Assembly: GCA_030141605.1 (NCBI GenBank)
Contig: JAQGDQ010002432.1
Coordinates: 1-43,161 of the forward strand
DNA length: 43,161 nt
Origin: Tubiluchus corallicola
Lineage: Eukaryota > Animalia > Priapulida
Direction of reading: 5' to 3'
Shown here: positions 20,236-29,683 of the stretch, one piece after another
Layout of the letters: every line of letters begins with the position of its first letter
Numbering within the stretch: the stretch's first letter is position 1
The notes under the pieces: generated by a model
What the model was told of the DNA's origin: nothing
The model's database searches: none
What the model saw: only the letters and a program-made list of their open reading frames with translations
Position numbers and translations under genes: made by a program

Positions 20236-21506
20236 TTATTGATTGATTACTTTATTTACAGTAGTAATTCCTCCTTCAGTAACACGTACTATCGATATTC
20301 CTTTAATCGCATATGTGTTATTTGAAGTTTGGATATTTTCGCTTACAACAAGACCTCCTGTCAAGTTATAGATTTCAACACGTGCGCTGGCTTTTACACC
20401 TACAATCTGAATATTACCACCAGTGGTAAAAATTTTCACATCAGATGTTTTCACTTCTTCAACCGAAGTTGGGTAATCTCCTTCCCATCTTAATACTGGA
20501 CCATCTGCTTCCATATACCACACGTTTGAAAAATCCCAACCTGGTAGAGAATCGCCGTATAATGCAACATTTTTAAATTGTTCCATAGTTACATCAGCCC
20601 CATCTTTACCATAAGAATCGTTTTCCCAGAAGAATTTGTGTGGATCGGTAATAGCCATTAAATCAAAACCAAAGTTACTGGTATAGGTTGCACCAGCGTG
20701 ATCTCCAACAATACGATATGTTTTTTCAATATCCGGATTAACAGTTTTCATACTGCTTTGCATACCAATACATTGGTTTATTTCAACAGATTGTCCACCT
20801 GGAGCAACACCTAAAATACCACCGCTAAATCCGCTTTCGCTACCTGTGGTTCCTTTTGCATAACAATATTTAATGGTAGTGCTACCTTCAGCCCAACCAG
20901 CAATTCCACCAACTTGCCATCCATTAGAATATACATCTCCGTTGTAATAGCAATTTTCAATTTTAGCACCATTGCCTTTCACATGTGCTACAATACCACC
21001 TACATGGTCTCTACCTGTAATGGTTGCTGTAGAATAGCATTCAGTTACGTTACAGTTATCAACGTGGCCAATAAAACCACCTGCAAATCCATTTGAGGTA
21101 ATTGTACCTGTAACATAACATTTGGTAATGGTTGAGTTGCTTCCGTTACCGGCAAAACCTGCGGTCCATGCGTTAGGTGTGTTTATACCGTAATGTTTTC
21201 TAAACCAAGATTTGAAATAGTAGCATCTGAAATGTTGTTAAACAAACCACCACGGTCTCCATCATGCTGGATGCTTAGGTTTTTAATAGCAAATCCAGCT
21301 CCATCAATCGTTCCACTAAAATCGAACTGAGGCCAGCTTTGGCCTTGCATATCGATATCATTAACCAAAACATAATTTCCTGAAGGGTTAGACTCAATAG
21401 CTTTTAAATCTTCTACCGTTGAAATGTTAGTTTGTGCATGCGCATGAAACATTGTAATGGCAAATACCACCAATGCGCTTAATAATTTAGAGTTAAAATT
21501 TTTCAT
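20236..21506 (-). pseudogene. Secreted GLUG-like repeat protein with a T9SS-like C-terminal tail, split by a frameshift near 21185 (real or sequencing error)
   Basis: YVLVNDID, FSGTIDGAGFAIKNL and GLF in the first ORF; the other frame continues NTPNAWTAGFAG...DHVGGIVAH into 20236..20982; ends VEIYNLTGGLV...KVI. Confidence 0.75.
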
Positions 21507-21662
21507 AAAAATTGAATTAAAGATTTAACATTTGAGCATAGCTATCGCTATGTGCTCTTTGATAATATTTCATTATTTCCACATAATCAATCCATTACAA
21601 CTACCCCGCTATTTATAGTAGTTTGCCTATAAAGAATGGCGGTAGTGCTTTGAAAAGAATTT

Positions 21663-23543
21663 CTAGAATACTTCGTTTAAGTATTTTTGCGTTTGTTCGG
21701 GACGATGATGCATTCTTAAGCGCCAAATCATTTCTTCGATGTTCACCACCTTATACTCGTCGTTTAACTTATCGGAACAAAGTTTGGCAGCACCGGCCGA
21801 TCTAATGTCTCCACTTCCAGTTCCTGCCTCATTAAAGGCACTCCATGCGTGAATCATAACTAGATTAAACGGATCGGAACCTGTATCGTTATTTAGTTTA
21901 TTAGCAATAAAATCAGGGGTTCCCTCATTCTTATTGTTATATCCTCCAAAATCCCAAATAGAATATTTAACTGTGATTACCGGAATATCGTAGCCCTTTG
22001 TATTGGTAAACCACAATATTTCACCTTCGCCACCAGCATATGGGGTATATTGAACCGATATTATTCCTTCTAGCTGATCGTTGGCATCAATGTATCTTTG
22101 GTATGCTTCTTTTGAGGCATCAGAAGTAACGTTGCCTGCCATAAGGGCTAATACTTTTACACGATGTTGGCGCATATGAGCTGCAACGTTTTTTGCCATT
22201 TCAGTCTGAATTTGGGTCCTAGACTTCTCAATGCCGTAATTATCGATGTAATTATAGCCACCACCAAAGGTTTGAACAATAGAAGTATTTGGCGTTTGGT
22301 TGTTGAATAAATATTGACAAACTGATGGTGCAATCATCGAAAGGTTATCAACGGGTAAACCGTACGACATATGCATAGCATCGGATTCAGGATGTGTATA
22401 ATAATTTGCTCCTGAAAAATCATTCATCATCCATTGTACATTATCTCCATCCGACAAATAATACGAAACGTACCTTTTACCTTCTTCATTCCAATTGAGG
22501 AATTGTGGATTCTGTACATTTACCAGACCTGGCTGACGGTTGCGGTAGTCTAACGAAGTTAAGGTGGTGTTATAGGCCCAATCGTAAGGAACCATTACAT
22601 TACCGGTTCCAGATACACGTGCCACAAACTGATCTTCGCCCACGCCTTGCTCCCAACCGAACACCGGTGAATTCGGCTCAAGCCATTGTAAAATCTCCTC
22701 AAACAACGCAAGGTTCTGCCCTCCATTTGGCGTTCCGTATTGTTTATTCAAGTTAATTACAAACAATCGGTCTTTGATGACCAACTCTCTTAGCTCACCT
22801 GTTTGTACAGGCATCACCACCAAGGCATTGTTGTTACACTTGTCTTTAAATTCGTTCCATGCATCCTGTGTTGTTTTTTGAGTAGCATCATAGGTCATGG
22901 TGTATCCATTCGACTCATAGAAATCTTTATCTCTAACATCCACAATTATGGAGTTATATACATGCGAAGCTACCGAGGCTACAATATTACTCTCGGGGTT
23001 ATTTTCGACATCAGTTAAAACGTAGCCATCAAAAAGATCTTTAAGCTTGATTCCATCCTTAGAACCATAGTTTCGCGTAGCCAACTCTATTCCGCTTTGC
23101 ATGCCAATCTCAGTAATTCCCATATCGCTTAGCGCCTGTTTGGATGCCTTGTATGAAGCTTTACCGCTATGATCATTTAACCAAACGCCTACCTGGCTTC
23201 TTCCTTCCTCAACGGCAAGATTCGAAAGTCCGGCAATAGATTGAGCAAGCAAATGGTACTGTAAGCCTCTGATTTTTTCAGTCTCTCCCAAGTCGTTTCT
23301 GTTACCAATAGGAATTACTTCTACACAATTCCAGTACAAAACAGGTTTTGCTTCCGATTCGGGATGCCAATATTGACCCAAATCTTGAATAGGGTCAAAT
23401 TGCTCTACATATAACTGTGCCTTATTCTCCTCTTCAGTAACCCTTTCAGGCGACTCGTACACTTCGCAGCCCACTACTGAGAATAAACAGATAATGCCTA
23501 ATATCAATGGTTTAATATGTACTATCATTTTTTTCATCGTCAT
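21663..23543 (-). CDS. GxGYxYP-family putative glycoside hydrolase, lipoprotein
   Basis: Lipobox VVGC; LSDGDNVQW; GGGYNY; IHAWS; paralogue of 14523..16298. Confidence 0.85.
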   Translation of the reverse strand: MTMKKMIVHIKPLILGIICLFSVVGCEVYESPERVTEEENKAQLYVEQFDPIQDLGQYWHPESEAKPVLYWNCVEVIPIGNRNDLGETEKIRGLQYHLLAQSIAGLSNLAVEEGRSQVGVWLNDHSGKASYKASKQALSDMGITEIGMQSGIELATRNYGSKDGIKLKDLFDGYVLTDVENNPESNIVASVASHVYNSIIVDVRDKDFYESNGYTMTYDATQKTTQDAWNEFKDKCNNNALVVMPVQTGELRELVIKDRLFVINLNKQYGTPNGGQNLALFEEILQWLEPNSPVFGWEQGVGEDQFVARVSGTGNVMVPYDWAYNTTLTSLDYRNRQPGLVNVQNPQFLNWNEEGKRYVSYYLSDGDNVQWMMNDFSGANYYTHPESDAMHMSYGLPVDNLSMIAPSVCQYLFNNQTPNTSIVQTFGGGYNYIDNYGIEKSRTQIQTEMAKNVAAHMRQHRVKVLALMAGNVTSDASKEAYQRYIDANDQLEGIISVQYTPYAGGEGEILWFTNTKGYDIPVITVKYSIWDFGGYNNKNEGTPDFIANKLNNDTGSDPFNLVMIHAWSAFNEAGTGSGDIRSAGAAKLCSDKLNDEYKVVNIEEMIWRLRMHHRPEQTQKYLNEVF

Positions 23544-23554
23544 TTTGTTGAGAA

Positions 23555-25213
23555 TTAATAATCTTTGTTTTGTTCCAGTCCCTTCACTTTGTTTATTTCA
23601 TCTTGTGGAATAGGACGAACCATGTGATTAACATTAATGTTGTTATATTTCTGGGCAAGTATGTTGTATGTACTTACGCGCTCAACAAGTGTATTGGTTC
23701 GTTTTAACACAAACCATCTGTCATGCTCTCCCAATAATTCTCTAGCTCTTTCATTAAGAATGAAGTTTAAATCTAATGTTGTGATTTCCATAGATGGTTC
23801 AGATGCTTTATCTACAGCAGCTCTTCTTCGTAAAACATTAATTAATTCAACTGCTTTTGTTTCATTGCTCGCACCAAAGTGAGCCTCTGCACTCATGAGG
23901 TAAACATCCGACAAACGGAAAATTACGTCTTCGCGGCTGCCCGGGCCTCCCCACATCATTTTAGAGTCTTTAAACTTTTTGATTATCGGCATGCGATCCG
24001 AACCCGATAGAAGTACTGGTAAAGCGGTTGATTGCGGATACCAAGTAAATTCACCATCGGTTAAATAAGGGTAAAATCGCAATGCATCATTCGAATTCCC
24101 TGAGTCATCGTTCCAGCGCGGGAAGAAAATTCCCAGTTTGCCAAAATCTTCACTAGCAGGATTGTTTACGTAAAACTCTCGCTGAAAGGTGGCATCGTAT
24201 CGAGCATCTAAATATGGATTTTCGAATAACTGATGTGCTATTGGGTTTACCCAGTATTTACGATCGGCGGCTGAATAATCCTCCTGTACACGATCGAATA
24301 AATCGGGCTCAAGCGCTACAATACTAAACGCAAATAACGATTGTTGCGGGTTACCGCTTCCAACATAGTTTCTATCCAGACCATATTGTATCGCCCAGAT
24401 TACTTCAGAGTTATTCTGATTATCTTCATGATAAACATCCGCATAGTTATCTAATAACTCATATACACCTTCGGAGTTGTTGATGATATTATCAAACAAT
24501 GCAGCAGCCGACTCAAAGTCTGAAGCCTTCGCATAACTCTTATAGGCTCGAGTCAGGTATAATTTACCAAGCAACTGAGTAATTGCCGCTTTATTTACTT
24601 TTCCAGGTGCCGAAGATTCCCAAGCTAACAGATCAACAACACTTTCAAGGTCAGTAATGATAAATTCATATACTTCCGACTCTGGAGTACGAGTGGCTTC
24701 AGTGATTATTCCCTTTTGCTCTTCGGTGTATAAAGGAACATCACCAAACGTTTCAACTAAATAATAATAGGCCATTGCTCTAAAGAATGTTCCCTGTGCC
24801 ACAATAGAATTGTAATCGGCCTCGGTCATCCCTTCAGTTTCTAATGAACAGCGCGTTAAAAGTGTATTGGATTCCTGCACAATTTTATACAGTTTACTCC
24901 AATAAGGGCCAACTATTCCAGCTGTTGAATTAAAAGACGCATCGTATCCGTTAAACATCCTTTCGTCAGGACTTTCGGTGATGGCCATATACAAATCGGT
25001 TCCGTAATATTGTAACTCGCCGGTATTAAATACATCTCTGTATTTTGAATAGATATCCACCAAAAGTGCTTCTTGTCCTTCTTTTGTATTATAGAACTCA
25101 TCAGTGATAGATGATGGATTGTAAACGTCGAGATGGTTTGAGCAGGCATAAGCCATCATAATGCTTAATAAACCTGATGTAATATATTTTATGGTTTTCA
25201 ACATGGCTTTCAA
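23555..25213 (-). CDS. susD: SusD/RagB glycan-binding lipoprotein
   Basis: Lipoprotein Cys; FGDVPL, FRLSDVYLMSAEA, ILNERARELLGE..RW, PIPQ..QN. Confidence 0.95.
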   Translation of the reverse strand: MKAMLKTIKYITSGLLSIMMAYACSNHLDVYNPSSITDEFYNTKEGQEALLVDIYSKYRDVFNTGELQYYGTDLYMAITESPDERMFNGYDASFNSTAGIVGPYWSKLYKIVQESNTLLTRCSLETEGMTEADYNSIVAQGTFFRAMAYYYLVETFGDVPLYTEEQKGIITEATRTPESEVYEFIITDLESVVDLLAWESSAPGKVNKAAITQLLGKLYLTRAYKSYAKASDFESAAALFDNIINNSEGVYELLDNYADVYHEDNQNNSEVIWAIQYGLDRNYVGSGNPQQSLFAFSIVALEPDLFDRVQEDYSAADRKYWVNPIAHQLFENPYLDARYDATFQREFYVNNPASEDFGKLGIFFPRWNDDSGNSNDALRFYPYLTDGEFTWYPQSTALPVLLSGSDRMPIIKKFKDSKMMWGGPGSREDVIFRLSDVYLMSAEAHFGASNETKAVELINVLRRRAAVDKASEPSMEITTLDLNFILNERARELLGEHDRWFVLKRTNTLVERVSTYNILAQKYNNINVNHMVRPIPQDEINKVKGLEQNKDY

Positions 25214-25216
25214 TAA

Positions 25217-28216
25217 TTAAAAGTTTGCATTAATTCCAAAGGTGAAGGTCATTGGATAGAGTGAAAGTTGGGTGTTTACATTTTCACCCATGGTTTCAGG
25301 ATCGGATCCGATATAATTCGTAAAAGTGAATGGATTTTGCACCTGACCGTATAATCGGAGCTGTTTCATCCCGACTTTTGACAGCACATCTTCTTTTAAA
25401 GCATAACCCAAGGTTATGTTTCTAACCTTAACAAAGGTTCCGGAGATTTTACTCAATACTTGAGTGTGATACGATTGAGCACCTACTTCCTGGTATTCGT
25501 TACTTTTGTTTTCGGGCGTCCAATAATTTACATCGGCTTTATTCCAGTGCTCATTATCCCACGCTGTAAACATATAGGTGAAGTTATCATTGTATAATCC
25601 ACCTACACGGGCATAAATATCAAACGAAAGATCAAAGTTTTTATATCCAAAGGTGTTGATCATACCACCTGTCCAATCTGGATTAGGGGTTCCAAGAATT
25701 TGAAAATCTTGTTGATCAAGGTTATAATCACCGTTCACATCTTCTACTTTGATATGACCTACGCTTTGGCCGTATTTTGCAGCTTCCTCTTCTTCATGCG
25801 CTTGCCAAATACCAAGTTGATTAAAGTCGTAATGAACATTTATAGGATGACCAATAAACCAACGGTTTCCTAAATCGTCTTGTTTGTCGCCGTACAGATC
25901 TTCAATTTTATTACGGTTTAACGAGAAGGTAAACGTGGTTTTCCAGAAGAAATCTTTGTTCGACACATTTACTGTGTTCAGGCTCAACTCAACCCCCTTA
26001 TTTCTGGTAGTACCTATGTTTTGATAAACCGAGTTAAATCCGTTAACGCTTCCTACAGCGCGATTAAAAATTAATCCATCCGTTTCACGTGAATAAACAT
26101 CAATCGTACCGGCAATTCGGTTATTAAACAAGCCGTAATCAAGTCCAAGGTTGTATTCCGAAGTCATCTCCCAATTTAGTGCTTCGTTACCTCGGATGTT
26201 TCTAATTCCAAAGCCATTCACACCGGTGCTACCAAAAGTATAGCGGGACAAACCTAATTCAGTTAATGTGATGTTATGGCTTAAATTGTTATTACCAGTT
26301 TTACCATAGCTCAAACGAAGTTTAAGTTGACTAATGGCATTAACATCTTGCATAAAACCTTCTTGTTTTATTTGCCAACCCACAGCCACAGCCGGTAAAA
26401 ACCCCCAACGTTTGTCACCTCTTAGTTTTGAAGTTCCATCGTAACGCCCAGTTAAGGTAAGCATGTATTTATCCATTAAAGTATAGTTGGCTCTTCCCAT
26501 ATACGAGGTCATGGCCGACTCCCAATAATAGCTGGTTACATCCGTAATTTCGTCAGCTGTTTGTATAGCATGCCAGTCTGATTTATAAGGCAAGCCTATA
26601 CCTCGCATCCCCGATCCCTGATGGGTATCTTTTTGCATATTAAACAATCCGATAAAATCTAATTTATGACTGTCGTTAAATGCTTTTGAGTAGTTTATAA
26701 TATTATCCCAAACAATGTTGGTGTTGCGTCCTTCCCTTCGATAGGCCTCGCTTGGATTAACACCACCTTTTTGTTGTGTGAATGTTCCAATCCATTCTCC
26801 ATATAAATCGGTATTAAACTGGTAAGCTAATTGTGATTTTATCGACAAACCTTTAATCGGTTTAAACTCTAAAAATCCAGAAAAGTTAGAGTAAAACGCC
26901 TTTGTTTCTCTGTTATTATTCTCGTTTTGAATAAATGGATTTATTTTACTGGATGTAGGTTGTACTATGAATGCATAATTTCCATCCTCATCATATGGAC
27001 TTACAATTGGTGGTAAAAAATACGCGTTTAACAAAGCGTCTTCAGAACCATGGTTGGTAAGGTTATCCGAAATATATGAAGAAATACCTGTGGTAAACTT
27101 TTCATTAAAACGGTGTTCTAAGCCAACATTTGCAGTGAAACGAGTAAACGCTTCATTACCCACCATACCTTGATCATCTAAATAACCTATACCAAACGAA
27201 TAAGATGTTGTCTCATTTCCACCCGAAGTTGTTAAACTATGATTGTTTACAAAACTATGGTCAGATACCTCACGTAACCAATCGTAATATTCACCACGAC
27301 GGATTCGTCTTTTTTCATCCTCGGTTAAGAAATCGGGTCTGGATAATGATGCATCACCATACTTTTTCTTCCATAATGCTGTACGGTAATCCACGTATTC
27401 AAGTCCATTTCCCATATTACCAATCATATCAGGTATTCTGGTAGGAGTTTTTACACCAAACGAACCCGTATAATCAATGTTGAATCCTTTTTTCTTGTTG
27501 GCTCCCTTAGTGGTTATAATGACAACACCGTTTGCACCACGCGAACCGTAGATTGCCGCTGACGAAGCATCTTTTAATACATCGATCGATGCAATATCTG
27601 ATGCATTTAAATGTTTCATACCCGAATAGGAAGGGACACCATTAATAACATACAGTGGTTCGTTGGAAGAGTTGATTGAGTTTAGACCACGAATTTGCAT
27701 GGACATATCAGCACCTGGGCGGTTAGATGATTTAGTAACCAAAACTCCGCTAACGTTACCGTTTAGTGTTTCGGTAATGTTGGTATTATTCGATCGCACT
27801 AATAAATCTCCGGATACTGTTTCAATACTTCCGGTTAAGTCCTTTTTCTTCACCGTACCGTATCCAATCACCACTACATCTTCTAGCTGTGCCAAATCAG
27901 AAACCAATACAACCTTTAAGTTTGTAGCTCCATTAATTTTAAATTGTTGAGATACAAAGCCGATAAACGAAATATTTAAAGTGCTGTTATTTGGTACATT
28001 TAAAGTAAAATTACCGTCCAGGTCTGATACAACTCCATCTCTGGTTGCTTCTATAATTATGTTAGCGCCGGGTACAGGTTGATTTTGCTCATCAACCACC
28101 GAACCGGTAACGGTAACCGTTTCGTTTTGCGAAAATGCTGTAATCGTATTTAAGGTACAGATTGCAAAAACAATCAATCGTACCCAATTCTTTTTTATTT
28201 TATCTTTTCTCATCAT
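25217..28216 (-). CDS. susC: SusC/RagA TonB-dependent transporter
   Basis: VVVIGYG, PLYVING, LKDASSAAIYGSRGANGVVIITTK; terminal Phe. Confidence 0.97.
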   Translation of the reverse strand: MMRKDKIKKNWVRLIVFAICTLNTITAFSQNETVTVTGSVVDEQNQPVPGANIIIEATRDGVVSDLDGNFTLNVPNNSTLNISFIGFVSQQFKINGATNLKVVLVSDLAQLEDVVVIGYGTVKKKDLTGSIETVSGDLLVRSNNTNITETLNGNVSGVLVTKSSNRPGADMSMQIRGLNSINSSNEPLYVINGVPSYSGMKHLNASDIASIDVLKDASSAAIYGSRGANGVVIITTKGANKKKGFNIDYTGSFGVKTPTRIPDMIGNMGNGLEYVDYRTALWKKKYGDASLSRPDFLTEDEKRRIRRGEYYDWLREVSDHSFVNNHSLTTSGGNETTSYSFGIGYLDDQGMVGNEAFTRFTANVGLEHRFNEKFTTGISSYISDNLTNHGSEDALLNAYFLPPIVSPYDEDGNYAFIVQPTSSKINPFIQNENNNRETKAFYSNFSGFLEFKPIKGLSIKSQLAYQFNTDLYGEWIGTFTQQKGGVNPSEAYRREGRNTNIVWDNIINYSKAFNDSHKLDFIGLFNMQKDTHQGSGMRGIGLPYKSDWHAIQTADEITDVTSYYWESAMTSYMGRANYTLMDKYMLTLTGRYDGTSKLRGDKRWGFLPAVAVGWQIKQEGFMQDVNAISQLKLRLSYGKTGNNNLSHNITLTELGLSRYTFGSTGVNGFGIRNIRGNEALNWEMTSEYNLGLDYGLFNNRIAGTIDVYSRETDGLIFNRAVGSVNGFNSVYQNIGTTRNKGVELSLNTVNVSNKDFFWKTTFTFSLNRNKIEDLYGDKQDDLGNRWFIGHPINVHYDFNQLGIWQAHEEEEAAKYGQSVGHIKVEDVNGDYNLDQQDFQILGTPNPDWTGGMINTFGYKNFDLSFDIYARVGGLYNDNFTYMFTAWDNEHWNKADVNYWTPENKSNEYQEVGAQSYHTQVLSKISGTFVKVRNITLGYALKEDVLSKVGMKQLRLYGQVQNPFTFTNYIGSDPETMGENVNTQLSLYPMTFTFGINANF

Positions 28217-28236
28217 AGTCTTTTCTTATTAGCAGC

Positions 28237-29316
28237 TTAGTTTTCTAGTGAGATCCATTTATAGTTACCAACCAATTTGGCCTGATGTTTACCTGTTTTA
28301 TCAGGTATTATTTCATCATTTTCGGGCACAATGGTAAAATCCCACGCACATTCTAAACCAGACTCCTGCCCGGTAACATCAGAATTCATAAGGGCATTAA
28401 TTTCACTTTGTGATTTGGCCGTATTCCAGAATCGGAACTTTCTAATGAACCCTGTCATACAACGAGAAAGATCTGTTGGCTCCTGGAAAGCCCACATATT
28501 AAAGTTTTTCGTGTTTGGTTGGTAGCTTTGAATTACGCCAGCACCATCAACTATATCGTTGGTTTTACTAAAAAAAACTTCCCCATTTAAGTACATGGTA
28601 AGTTGACCTTCGGCTAAGCTTGCATCGTAAACCATTGCAATGTGGTTCCATTCTCCATAGTTTGTAGGGTATTTGCTTCCCCATTCTAACACTCTGCTTT
28701 CCTGAGGTCCCATACCAATGGTTGAGCGCATATTGTCGCCCAAGAAGTTAATCATCCAACCTTCGTGAGGTTGTGTACTGTTATCGAAGGTGGCAATAAA
28801 ATCACCAACTCCACTTTCAAAAAAGTTACCATCATATTTAATCCATGATTCTACACAAAATGCATCGGAACCACCAAATGCCGGATCTGCACCAAACTCA
28901 ATACGTCCCTTTTGATCAATGCCGTACACTATTAATTCGGCAGGAGTACCAGGTTCTAAGGTTTCCTGGAATGAATTCAAGAATTCAGCAATCGTTTTTT
29001 CTGCTGCTATACAATAATTATCAGCTTCGTATTGCAAGGTAAATAATCCTGCTAATCCATTAGAAATACCATATTCTACAGATTTAATACCTTCTTGTAA
29101 CAAATCAGCGCTTTCATATGGATAGGTTCCATCGCTCTCTCCAAATTCTGATGTATCTTGCATCATTAACATGGATTCGTAATTACTATACAAACAATCT
29201 AAAGAAACTTCTCGTGTTTCTGTCATGTTACTATTACTGCAGGAGACCAGTATCCCTGCGTAGATTAACATAACCAGTCCGTAATACTTTTTCTGAAATC
29301 TCCTAGTCATAATCAA
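28237..29316 (-). CDS. LamG/concanavalin A-like domain lipoprotein
   Basis: Lipobox LVSC; FCVESWIK, WNHIAMVYD...MYLNG, IRKFRFWNTAKS. Confidence 0.85.
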   Translation of the reverse strand: MIMTRRFQKKYYGLVMLIYAGILVSCSNSNMTETREVSLDCLYSNYESMLMMQDTSEFGESDGTYPYESADLLQEGIKSVEYGISNGLAGLFTLQYEADNYCIAAEKTIAEFLNSFQETLEPGTPAELIVYGIDQKGRIEFGADPAFGGSDAFCVESWIKYDGNFFESGVGDFIATFDNSTQPHEGWMINFLGDNMRSTIGMGPQESRVLEWGSKYPTNYGEWNHIAMVYDASLAEGQLTMYLNGEVFFSKTNDIVDGAGVIQSYQPNTKNFNMWAFQEPTDLSRCMTGFIRKFRFWNTAKSQSEINALMNSDVTGQESGLECAWDFTIVPENDEIIPDKTGKHQAKLVGNYKWISLEN

Positions 29317-29405
29317 ATTCTTGTTAGCTCCAATTTTAATAATTGATATTTTCTGAATGATTGAAAAAAATTAATGTAAAAAACGGTTATAAATATATTG
29401 GCCAT

Positions 29406-29466
29406 CGATTAAAAAAACAATTAATAAGCGATTAATGACCGATTAAATGTCGATTAAAAGCGTTAA
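29406..29466 (-). promoter_or_regulatory. Phased heptamer repeat array (TTAATCG on -), candidate regulator operator
   Basis: CGATTAA at 29406, 29429, 29440 and 29451; CAATTAA at 29418; CGTTAA at 29461. Confidence 0.7.
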
Positions 29467-29683
29467 TTCAAGCCAGTTTAAGCTAGTTTAAGGCAGATAT
29501 TGCACCGAAAGCCGAACATTTATTTTCCTATCGATAAAAAATAAGTGAAATAAGCTAACAAAGAATAAGAGATATAAAAATGATGGTTCGATACTTACAC
29601 ATTTCTAAAAAGAGATGAATGCATTTAATTTTAGGTAACAAATAGCTACCTGCTAAAATCATGTTAATTGATCAAGGGATGGT

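Noticed and set aside
21533-21646. Two intergenic hairpins within the PUL
   Set aside because: Consistent with ordinary mRNA stability or termination elements; no further evidence.
29406-29466. Repeat array as CRISPR or iterons
   Set aside because: 7-bp units with ~4-bp gaps, no spacers or cas genes, and no adjacent rep.
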